Virus record (IMG/VR): IMGVR_UViG_3300032326_001208
Span: 64,001-89,515 of that record
Strand: one strand, 5' to 3'
Length of the DNA: 25,515 nt
Origin: a virus
Lineage: Duplodnaviria; Heunggongvirae; Uroviricota; Caudoviricetes
Under the pieces are notes generated by a model. The model ran no database searches. It was not told where the DNA came from and saw nothing but the letters and a program-made list of their open reading frames with translations. Of the stretch, positions 7,527 to 15,424 are shown one piece after another. The position numbers and the translations under genes were made by a program. Numbering within the stretch: the first letter of the stretch is position 1; each line of letters begins with the position of its first letter.

Positions 7527-8864
7527 ATGAATTGGTTAAAAGTATTAGTTGGGCTTTCAGCAATCCTTGTTGCCGGATGTGCGGCTTATTTCTCTGTAAC
7601 TGGATTAGGTGTACTATTTGCGGGAGCATCGGTTTCGGTAATGGTAATGGCAGGTTCATTGGAACTTGCTAAATTAGTTGCCGCAACATACCTAAAACAA
7701 GAATGGGATACATTAAAAGGATTTAACAAATGGTATTTAACTATATCAGTTGGTACTTTGATGCTTATCACATCGGCCGGTATCTTTGGATATCTATCAA
7801 ACGCATTCCAACAACAAAATTTAGGATTACAAAAGATTGAAAGAGATATTGCGGTATATCAAACTCAAATCACAAAAAATGATGGAGAGATAGCCCGTTA
7901 TACAACTCAATTAACTAACCAACAAAATATTCGTAACTCACAAGAGGCTAATTTATCTAAACAAATAGATAAAGATAAATCAACTTCAAGAGTTTCACAA
8001 ATGATTAAAACTGCCGATAAAGAAATTGCATCGGTATCTAAACGTATTGATGAACTGACAAAACAAAACAATGTTGCATTAGATTCAATTAACGCAATCA
8101 AAAATAACAACATTGAATTAGAAAGAGAAGTTGGTGGATTTCGTTTCGTAGCAGAAGCATTTGGAGTACCACTTAATACAGTTGTAAAATTCTTTATATT
8201 CATTATAGTAATTGTATTTGACCCGTTAGCGGTTGCATTGATTATTGCATTTAATGGTTTACTTATGAAACGTAAAGAAGAAGATGATTTATCAGATTGG
8301 GATGCTACATTAGGGGATGGGTTAGATGATGATTATAAGGAATATGAAGTATATGGTGATAAGGAAAAGCAAAAAGAAGCCATAGTTGAAACGATGAAAG
8401 GAGATGAGGAATTGGGATTATACGATGAATATGGGGAGAATACATTATTAGGCGATGAAATGGAAGATTACATTAACAAAACGAATGAGGAGCAAATACA
8501 AAAGGAATTAGAAGAAGCCGAAAAAAAAAACGAAACTGATACCACTCCAACAAATTTGGAAACAACTGAAATAGATGACGAGCTAAAAATGCTAACAGCT
8601 GATTTTTCACCAAGAGCAATAGACTTGACCGGAGATGGTAAACCAGATGGCATAGATACCGATGGTGATGGTTTAATAAATGAATTTAGAGCTAGAAGTA
8701 CTGCTCGTATGAATGGGGAAGATTTATTACCATATTATGCTAAGCCAAATTTTAATTGGGATGACCGTAAGAATTGGATAAATGACCAAAACGCTGTTAA
8801 TTATTGGATAAAACACATCAAACCTTCTCAATATCCAACCGATTTCTCAAGTAAATCATACTAA
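7527..8864 (+). CDS. membrane protein: 3 N-terminal TM, periplasmic-type coiled coil, 1 TM, acidic tail with DxDGDG Ca-binding loops
   Basis: Hydrophobic segments, heptad-like region and DLTGDGKPDGIDTDGDGLINEF seen directly. Confidence 0.75.
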   Translation: MNWLKVLVGLSAILVAGCAAYFSVTGLGVLFAGASVSVMVMAGSLELAKLVAATYLKQEWDTLKGFNKWYLTISVGTLMLITSAGIFGYLSNAFQQQNLGLQKIERDIAVYQTQITKNDGEIARYTTQLTNQQNIRNSQEANLSKQIDKDKSTSRVSQMIKTADKEIASVSKRIDELTKQNNVALDSINAIKNNNIELEREVGGFRFVAEAFGVPLNTVVKFFIFIIVIVFDPLAVALIIAFNGLLMKRKEEDDLSDWDATLGDGLDDDYKEYEVYGDKEKQKEAIVETMKGDEELGLYDEYGENTLLGDEMEDYINKTNEEQIQKELEEAEKKNETDTTPTNLETTEIDDELKMLTADFSPRAIDLTGDGKPDGIDTDGDGLINEFRARSTARMNGEDLLPYYAKPNFNWDDRKNWINDQNAVNYWIKHIKPSQYPTDFSSKSY

Positions 8865-8866
8865 TA

Positions 8867-8900
8867 TTTGGTAAATTCATAAAGTTTTCGTATATTTGTA
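8867..8900 (+). promoter_or_regulatory. Bacteroidota sigma70-type promoter
   Basis: TTTGGtaaattcataaagttttcgTATATTTGta. Confidence 0.8.
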
Positions 8901-8920
8901 TAACAACAAATAATACTAAA

Positions 8921-9796
8921 ATGATGAATTTAGGATACGCTTGTATCAATATGAGTATGGGTAAGAAAGTATCTACTAATCGAGCTATGGTTAAGAGAAC
9001 TTTCCAAACAAAAGGTTTAGACTATGTTTCTGAGCTTGCATTACTCAATGCAAAAGATATTATTAAAATTTTAGAGTGGAATAGATTGAATGGAATTAAA
9101 TTATTCCGTTTATCATCTACCATTGTGCCTTGGGGTGACCATTTGGATTTAACTCAATTAAAAGATTACAAAGAGATTAAAAGTGAGTTAAAGAAAGCTG
9201 GTGATTTCGCTAAGTTTTGGGATATGCGTATTAATTCACATCCTGGTCCATTTGTTGTATTAACTTCTCCAAAAGAAGAAGTAGTTAAAAACGCAATTGC
9301 AGATTTAGAATTACATGCTAAAATATTTGATATGATGGGGTTATCTAAAACTCATTATAATAATATTAATATTCATTGTAATGGTGTTTATGGTGATAAA
9401 AAATCCGCTATGGATAGATTCATCCAAAACTTCAAAAGACTCTCTCCATCGGTTCGCAAACGATTGACAGTAGAGAATGATGATAAGGCATCTATGTATT
9501 CAGTTTTAGACCTTATGTATATTCACAAACATACAAATATTCCAATTGTATTTGATTACCACCATCACCAATTTTGTACAGGTGGATTAACCGAAGAAGA
9601 AGCTCTTAAATTAGCATCAGCAACTTGGCCTAATGGTATTACTCAAGAAGTACATTATTCAGAAGCAAGAGAAGGAAACAAACCACAAGCACATGCTGAT
9701 TATATTAAACAATTACCAAACACATATGGATTGGATTTGGATATTATGGTTGAGGCAAAAGCAAAAGAATTAGCAATACTACCTTTTATTAAATGA
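8921..9796 (+). CDS. uvsE: UV DNA damage endonuclease (UVDE/UvsE)
   Basis: LGYACIN, IKLFRLSS, RINSHPGPFVVLTS, INIHCNG, RLTVENDD, VFDYHHH, VHYSE, HADYI, DIMVEAKAKELA. Confidence 0.95.
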   Translation: MMNLGYACINMSMGKKVSTNRAMVKRTFQTKGLDYVSELALLNAKDIIKILEWNRLNGIKLFRLSSTIVPWGDHLDLTQLKDYKEIKSELKKAGDFAKFWDMRINSHPGPFVVLTSPKEEVVKNAIADLELHAKIFDMMGLSKTHYNNINIHCNGVYGDKKSAMDRFIQNFKRLSPSVRKRLTVENDDKASMYSVLDLMYIHKHTNIPIVFDYHHHQFCTGGLTEEEALKLASATWPNGITQEVHYSEAREGNKPQAHADYIKQLPNTYGLDLDIMVEAKAKELAILPFIK

Positions 9797-10113
9797 TGAA
9801 TTATATAGCCATATTAACTTTTCAAATAATGTTTAATATCTTTAAGGTATTAGAAATTAAATTTACTTATGAAAATCAATTGACACGATTGATGCTTAAT
9901 TCAGTATGGATTAATTTGGTATCACTTGCTTCGGTTTATTTCTCATTAGATAGTTTGTTAAAAGGTGATATGTGGGTACTGCCATTTTATATTGGTGGTA
10001 GTGTATTGGGTAAATGGATAGCTATGACTCAAATGGATAATTTAGAATCAAAATTATTTTTCTTTTTCAAAACTAAAACTGAAAAAAATGGCAAAGGCAA
10101 AACTAGAATATGA
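9793..10113 (+). CDS. small multi-TM membrane protein
   Basis: Three hydrophobic segments; ATGA overlap with uvsE. Confidence 0.7.
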   Translation: MMNYIAILTFQIMFNIFKVLEIKFTYENQLTRLMLNSVWINLVSLASVYFSLDSLLKGDMWVLPFYIGGSVLGKWIAMTQMDNLESKLFFFFKTKTEKNGKGKTRI

Positions 10114-10333
10114 TTTAAATGATGCCGATGATTCTATGGCACATAAAAGAGCTGTTAAATCATTGGATATGGCATTAGCATTGTGGGATATAACCCATAA
10201 TACTAAAAAGAGGTTAGAGTGGAGTATGGAAGGTAAAGAAATAGATAAGTATGAGGCATTAGATATGGTATATGAAAAGATATATGAAATATTGGATGAA
10301 CACAATATAAAACTGGATGATTTAATAATTTAA
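10088..10333 (+). CDS. hypothetical protein (81 aa)
   Basis: ORF in operon context, A-rich start region. Confidence 0.7.
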   Translation: MAKAKLEYDLNDADDSMAHKRAVKSLDMALALWDITHNTKKRLEWSMEGKEIDKYEALDMVYEKIYEILDEHNIKLDDLII

Positions 10334-10334
10334 T

Positions 10335-11258
10335 ATGAATAATTTAGATAAACAATATAAAGAATTATTAGAAACTATTATCAACTATGGTGTTGAGAAA
10401 AAAGATAGAACCGGAACTGGTACTAAATCTATTTTCGGATACACTATCAGACATAATATGAAAGATGGATTTCCGGCTCTTACAACAAAAAAATTAGCGT
10501 GGAAGCAAGTTGTATCGGAACTACTTTGGTTTCTAACAGGTCAAACTAATATTTCTTTTTTACATAAACATAATAATCATATATGGGATGGTGATTATGA
10601 AAAGAGTGGAAGAACTGACGGTGAATTAGGACCTATATATGGTAAACAATGGAGAAAGTGGGATGGTAAGAATGGAAGGATTGACCAAATAGATGATTTA
10701 GTAAAAGAACTTAAAACTAATCCCGATAGTAGAAGATTAATGGTATCCGCATGGAATGTAGGTGAGTTGGACCAAATGGTTTTACCACCTTGTCATTATG
10801 GATTTCAACTTTACACAAAAGAATTAAGCTTTGAAGAAAGAAAAAAATATTTTACTGATTCTATAAATAAAAGTATTTACTACGCAGAAGATTTTGATGA
10901 ATCTAAATTGGATGAATTAAATATCCCTAAACGAGCAATTTCTTTAATGTGGAATCAACGGAGTGTAGATACGTTTTTAGGATTACCATTTAATATTGCT
11001 TCATATGGATTATTGTTACATATTATAGCAAATGAAGTGAATATGGTACCTGATGAATTGATTGGTAATTTAGGTGATGTACATTTATATTCAAATCATA
11101 TTAAACAAGCTAAAGAACAAATTGGTAGAAAACCATTTGATTTACCACAATTAAAAACTGATGCAAAGATAGACGGTATATGTTGTAATACACCTGATGA
11201 TTTCATATTAGAAGGATATCAATCACACCCAACAATTAAAGCACCTTTAAGTAATTAA
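10335..11258 (+). CDS. thyA: thymidylate synthase
   Basis: DRTGTGT, ELLWFL, LGPIYGKQWR, DSRRLMVSAWN, LPPCH, NQRSVDTFLGLPFNIASY, GDVHLYSNH. Confidence 0.97.
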   Translation: MNNLDKQYKELLETIINYGVEKKDRTGTGTKSIFGYTIRHNMKDGFPALTTKKLAWKQVVSELLWFLTGQTNISFLHKHNNHIWDGDYEKSGRTDGELGPIYGKQWRKWDGKNGRIDQIDDLVKELKTNPDSRRLMVSAWNVGELDQMVLPPCHYGFQLYTKELSFEERKKYFTDSINKSIYYAEDFDESKLDELNIPKRAISLMWNQRSVDTFLGLPFNIASYGLLLHIIANEVNMVPDELIGNLGDVHLYSNHIKQAKEQIGRKPFDLPQLKTDAKIDGICCNTPDDFILEGYQSHPTIKAPLSN

Positions 11259-11259
11259 T

Positions 11260-11646
11260 ATGATATACGATGTAAAAATACAACATCCTAAAAGAGTTGA
11301 AAAGAAATGGGGATATGAATTATGGATACATAATGATACTGATTATTGTGGTAAGTTATTAGTATTTAATAATTCAGGAAATAAATTCTCAATGCATTAT
11401 CATATGATTAAAGATGAAACTTGGTATGTGCAAGAAGGAGCATTTCAATTTGATTGGATTGATACCGAAAATGGTGAGAGATGTTACACACAAATACAGC
11501 AAGGTGATGTGATAGAAATAAAAAAAGGATTACCACATCAACTTACGGCACTAACTGATGGTGCTACAATATTTGAAGCGAGTACCCAACATTTTGACGA
11601 AGATAGTTACCGAATATACAGAAATCAACCAAGTGATTTAGAATAA
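11260..11646 (+). CDS. cupin-domain protein (sugar isomerase-like)
   Basis: KKWGYELW, SMHYHMIKDETWYVQEG, LPHQL cupin metal motifs. Confidence 0.85.
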   Translation: MIYDVKIQHPKRVEKKWGYELWIHNDTDYCGKLLVFNNSGNKFSMHYHMIKDETWYVQEGAFQFDWIDTENGERCYTQIQQGDVIEIKKGLPHQLTALTDGATIFEASTQHFDEDSYRIYRNQPSDLE

Positions 11647-11837
11647 TGACAAAGATAACAAAACATCTACGAAGTGTAGAAGATATAAAAAAAGAATTAG
11701 AAGAATATCCGGAGAATATAAAATTCTATATGGGTTATATGGGATTTGAATCTCAACACGAAGGTTCAATAGATTATGTAGAAGAAAAAATTAAAGAATA
11801 TAATAACATTATAAAAAATCCAAACAACAATGAATAA
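11646..11837 (+). CDS. hypothetical protein (63 aa)
   Basis: TAATG coupling with the upstream gene. Confidence 0.6.
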   Translation: MTKITKHLRSVEDIKKELEEYPENIKFYMGYMGFESQHEGSIDYVEEKIKEYNNIIKNPNNNE

Positions 11838-12093
11838 AGTTGAAGAAATTTTTAAAGCATGGAAAACTTCATTCAATCCAAATGAAGCACAAAAACAGTT
11901 AGCATCTTTAAGAATGGATATTTGTAATTCATGTGAACATAAGCAAGTAATTGCTTTTGCAAGATGCGGATTGTGTGGGTGTCCGTTGAGCGGTAAGATA
12001 TATTCGCCAGTTGAAAATGCTTGCCCTGCAAATAAATGGAAATTAATTGATAAAGAATTTTTTGAAAATACTATTAAATATAAAAATAAATAA
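11830..12093 (+). CDS. Cys-rich metal-binding protein (DUF6171-like)
   Basis: RMDICNSCEH...CGLCGCPL..K......CPANKW pattern. Confidence 0.7.
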   Translation: MNKVEEIFKAWKTSFNPNEAQKQLASLRMDICNSCEHKQVIAFARCGLCGCPLSGKIYSPVENACPANKWKLIDKEFFENTIKYKNK

Positions 12094-12094
12094 A

Positions 12095-12676
12095 ATGAAA
12101 ATAAAAAAAATTAGTGAGGCTCCAATATCTGCCGAAGATGTTTCTTCGTATAAATCATTGATATCTTCTTTAGAAGGCATTGTATTTAGTGCCGCGGATG
12201 TATTAATTGATAAACGAATCATTACTATACGATTGGGAAATAAAGAAGATGAATTAACTTTGGTAAACCCAAAAGTAATATCATTATCAGATAGACCATT
12301 GGTATATTTTGAAAAAGATACATATAAAGAAAATAAAGTTAGAAAAACAATTCGTTACCCTTGGATAGTATTGGAAACCGATAATTTAGGAAAAGTTGAA
12401 TTTAAAGCAACGAGTGAAACATTTGATTGGAAAAGTGCTGATGAATTTTTTAGTGATGCCGGCTTATTGGAAGCTGTGTTAGTACAACGGGCTTTGGATG
12501 CAATTGATGGTATTGATATCACACATCCAACTCGTCAATATTCAGAAACCATTACAAAGGATAAAGCGCCTGGTAGAAATGAAAGAGTTATGTTACAAGG
12601 ACCTGCTGGTGAAATGGAATTTGTAAAAAGCAAAAAGGTTGATTCTTACCTACAAAAAGGATGGAGTGTAATTTAA
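12095..12676 (+). CDS. peptide deformylase-like protein, catalytic motifs degenerate
   Basis: GIVFSAADV / LVNPKVI / EKDTY / QRALDAIDGI occupy the positions of PDF motifs GxGxAAxQ / EGCLS / HExDHLxG. Start ATG 12095 preferred over 12047. Confidence 0.7.
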   Translation: MKIKKISEAPISAEDVSSYKSLISSLEGIVFSAADVLIDKRIITIRLGNKEDELTLVNPKVISLSDRPLVYFEKDTYKENKVRKTIRYPWIVLETDNLGKVEFKATSETFDWKSADEFFSDAGLLEAVLVQRALDAIDGIDITHPTRQYSETITKDKAPGRNERVMLQGPAGEMEFVKSKKVDSYLQKGWSVI

Positions 12677-12686
12677 ATTCTAAACA

Positions 12687-12932
12687 ATGGCAAAATTAAT
12701 ATTTATCATAGATGAAGAAGAAAATAGAGAAGCTTCTAAAATAGAATTTGAAGTACCAAACGATATGGATGTTTGGGAATACAAAAGAATGTGTATGAGA
12801 ATGGCGGGAGCTATGGGATATACATCGTTATCAGTAAGAAAAGCATTTGGTATAGAATATAAAAAAGATTTGAATTCAGAACTATCACAAATCTTTCAAA
12901 CCGCTTATAGTGGCTCAATTGAATTAGCATGA
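12687..12932 (+). CDS. hypothetical protein (81 aa)
   Basis: ORF in operon context. Confidence 0.65.
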   Translation: MAKLIFIIDEEENREASKIEFEVPNDMDVWEYKRMCMRMAGAMGYTSLSVRKAFGIEYKKDLNSELSQIFQTAYSGSIELA

Positions 12933-13159
12933 AAGAAGTATTAGCAGCACAAAACGAAAGAATATTAACCTTACAATTGTTATTGGAAGCATTGGTAGAT
13001 GAGTTAATAGAAACTAAAAAAATCAAGGAAGAAAAACTTGATGATAGATTTCAGGCTAAAATGGAATGGGCCCAAAGTGAAATAAAAAAAGCCAGAAACG
13101 AAATGGAAATAGATTATTTTAATAGTTCTATGTTTGGTGGTAAAATGGGTGAAGCTTAA
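12929..13159 (+). CDS. hypothetical helical protein (76 aa)
   Basis: ATGA overlap with the upstream gene. Confidence 0.65.
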   Translation: MKEVLAAQNERILTLQLLLEALVDELIETKKIKEEKLDDRFQAKMEWAQSEIKKARNEMEIDYFNSSMFGGKMGEA

Positions 13160-13160
13160 A

Positions 13161-13194
13161 TTTGGTAGTTTCAATAAAAAATTGTATATTTGTA
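13161..13194 (+). promoter_or_regulatory. Bacteroidota sigma70-type promoter
   Basis: TTTGGtagtttcaataaaaaattgTATATTTGta. Confidence 0.8.
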
Positions 13195-13210
13195 TATTAA
13201 TTAAAATTTT

Positions 13211-13498
13211 ATGGATTATTTAATTGGATTCTTACTAATAATATTATTACCAGCTTCAATAATATTTAATATCCTTCTATTAATTAGAGGGATAAACTTT
13301 GTCAAGCAAAATGAACAATTAATGGATACTATTAGAGATTACGATGATAGACAAATCGGTACTCAAATTAAAATAGAATCCATGCTCCAAAAAATGAAAG
13401 AAATTGATATTAGAGGTTCATTTGAATCCGATGATGAAGTAGGAGCTGTGTTTTCTGAATTAAAGGAAACAATAGAAACATATAAAAACGAAATCTAA
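13211..13498 (+). CDS. single-TM coiled-coil protein (95 aa)
   Basis: N-terminal hydrophobic helix followed by a charged helix. Confidence 0.7.
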   Translation: MDYLIGFLLIILLPASIIFNILLLIRGINFVKQNEQLMDTIRDYDDRQIGTQIKIESMLQKMKEIDIRGSFESDDEVGAVFSELKETIETYKNEI

Positions 13499-13501
13499 AA
13501 C

Positions 13502-14224
13502 ATGCCTAGAAAAAAGAAGGAAAAAATGTATTTTACAATGGATACCGAAAGAGCCATTATAGAATATAACAAATCTGAAGATTTTAAATTTAGAAATAAA
13601 ATTTACGAAGAAAGTATAAAATATCCATTTGAGAAATTAGCAGAAAATATTCTCAATACATTTAAGTTTTCATATTTTGATGTGTCCAAAGAAGATATTC
13701 AAATGGAAGTGGTATCTACTCTCATTGAAAAAATACATATGTTCAAAGAAGGTAAGGGTAAAGCATTCTCTTATTTTTCTATTGTTGCAAAAAACCATTT
13801 GATTCTAAAAAATAATGGTAACTACAAACGCTTTAAAAAGACTGCATTACTTTCTGAAATGCCTGAAAGTTGGAATCCTGAAGATGACTTTAGAGAAGTA
13901 GAACAAGGAAATGAGTTTGTGGAATTTAAAGATTTAATGCTCAAATATTGGGACCAGAATCTTACCAAAGTATTTACAAAGAAAAGAGATATACAAATTG
14001 CAGATGCAGTATTAGAGTTATTCCGCAGAAGTAGATTTATAGAAAATTTTAATAAAAAACATCTATATCTTCTTATCAGAGAGATGACCGATTGTAAGAC
14101 ACATTACATTACAAAAGTGGTAAACGAAATGAAGAAACATCAGGTAAAGATGTTGAATGATTATTTAGACCACGGAATGATTACATCCCCAAGTAACGAT
14201 TTTTGGAAAGAGGAATATTTATAA
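13502..14224 (+). CDS. phage-encoded RNA polymerase sigma-like factor (T4 gp55-like candidate)
   Basis: Region-2-like segment EDIQMEVVSTLIEKIHMFKEGKGKAFSYFSIVAKN; C-terminal HTH-like helices. Confidence 0.7.
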   Translation: MPRKKKEKMYFTMDTERAIIEYNKSEDFKFRNKIYEESIKYPFEKLAENILNTFKFSYFDVSKEDIQMEVVSTLIEKIHMFKEGKGKAFSYFSIVAKNHLILKNNGNYKRFKKTALLSEMPESWNPEDDFREVEQGNEFVEFKDLMLKYWDQNLTKVFTKKRDIQIADAVLELFRRSRFIENFNKKHLYLLIREMTDCKTHYITKVVNEMKKHQVKMLNDYLDHGMITSPSNDFWKEEYL

Positions 14225-14242
14225 TCTATAAAGGATTATAAT

Positions 14243-14608
14243 ATGACAGATTTAGCTTCAATGTTATTACACAGCAGAACACAAGCACACGTGTTCCATT
14301 TAAGAGTATCTCCAAACGGATTAGCTCCACATCTTGCTTTAGAAGCATACTACGATGGTATTGTGGGATTAATAGATGGTTTGGTAGAAGGTTATCAAGG
14401 AATGAAAGGTTTAATTGAGTTCAAAGCAGTAAAAGGACTTGATAATGATGCATCAATTGAAAATATTGTAGCTTATTTTGAAGACCTATTAAAATTTGTA
14501 CAAACAAATAGAAAAACCGAAGAATTATCAGCGAGTTGGATTCAAAATGAAGTTGATAATGTTGAGAAATTAATATATTCTACTCTCTATAAATTAAGAA
14601 ATTTATAA
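14243..14608 (+). CDS. ferritin/Dps-like four-helix protein (DUF5856-like)
   Basis: LLHSRTQAHVFHL...HLALEAYYDGIVGLIDGLVEGYQG...IQNEVDNVEKLIYSTLYKL. Confidence 0.8.
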   Translation: MTDLASMLLHSRTQAHVFHLRVSPNGLAPHLALEAYYDGIVGLIDGLVEGYQGMKGLIEFKAVKGLDNDASIENIVAYFEDLLKFVQTNRKTEELSASWIQNEVDNVEKLIYSTLYKLRNL

Positions 14609-14634
14609 TTTAATATTAAAAATAATACTATTTT

Positions 14635-14670
14635 AAGAGTATCCAATATTTATGTTTGGATACTCTTTTT
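14635..14670 (+). terminator. perfect 12-bp hairpin terminator with ATATTTAT in the loop
   Basis: aagagtatccaa-(tatttatgt)-ttggatactctt followed by tttattt. Confidence 0.8.
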
Positions 14671-14766
14671 ATTTGTGTCCAATTAGTTTCTGCAATAGTT
14701 TTACAAAATTTCGTTGTGATAAGTGTTCCGTAACTTGTTATACTAATATAATAAGCAGGAAAAATC

Positions 14767-15423
14767 ATGCAATACATTAAATCAACTGTTTTGAACTTTA
14801 AAGAGTTATTGTTCAAAATGTTTTTACTGGGTGTTGGTCTTTTTATAGGATTTGCACTCGTATTCCAATTGTTCTTTGTATTTCTACAAATTAGTGGTAG
14901 AGAACAATGGGCTACCGAACTCTCTAATGAAATTACTCATAGAATTGACGGTACATTCAAAAATAATCCAGAAAATATTTGGTATGAGGAATCAGACCAC
15001 GTCTGGGTTGAAGGTGTTGAAAACCAGGTTAAGATTGGTAAATTAGCCGGAAATCGTAATTTGGCATTCGGTGTAAAAAATATATTAGAAGAATATCTTC
15101 AGGAAAAAGGATATGATTTAGCACCAGATGCACCATACAAATTAAAGGTTAATATTGTTTATTTGGACGTATTAACTACAAAAACAAATATTTCAGTTTT
15201 TCATAAAGGAGAAGAAGAAGTGGTTGTGAGACTGCAGGGTATTCTTTACAAAGATGGAAAGAAGGAGAAAGAAGTTGTGGTAGAAGAAGGTTCATCTGAA
15301 ATATCAATGTCTACGTTAATTGTTGACCAGGGTGGAAAATTCAATCAAACCTCCCTAAGCAACGCCCTTAAAAAAGCATCGGATAGTTTAATTAAAAAAC
15401 TATTCGGTAAAAACGCAAAGTAA
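14767..15423 (+). CDS. membrane-anchored CsgG-like protein
   Basis: N-terminal TM. NRNLAFGVKNILEEYLQE and KFNQTSLSNALKKASDSLIKKL align by eye with KRVGLGVANIVLEYLDN and KFNQSTISISTKKALDIACANILDKM of ORF 23023. Confidence 0.55.
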   Translation: MQYIKSTVLNFKELLFKMFLLGVGLFIGFALVFQLFFVFLQISGREQWATELSNEITHRIDGTFKNNPENIWYEESDHVWVEGVENQVKIGKLAGNRNLAFGVKNILEEYLQEKGYDLAPDAPYKLKVNIVYLDVLTTKTNISVFHKGEEEVVVRLQGILYKDGKKEKEVVVEEGSSEISMSTLIVDQGGKFNQTSLSNALKKASDSLIKKLFGKNAK

Positions 15424-15424
15424 G

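Noticed and set aside
14670-14766. Possible riboswitch in the ~100-nt leader of the surface cluster
   Set aside because: Only weak AU-rich stems are visible (cttgttata/tataataag), with no known riboswitch core. An Rfam scan would settle it.
14652-14780. 42-aa Cys-rich + strand ORF (MFGYSFYLCPISFCNSF...)
   Set aside because: Its ATG overlaps the ATATTTAT motif and terminator hairpin, and it has no recognisable metal-binding spacing; more likely the leader of ORF 14767.
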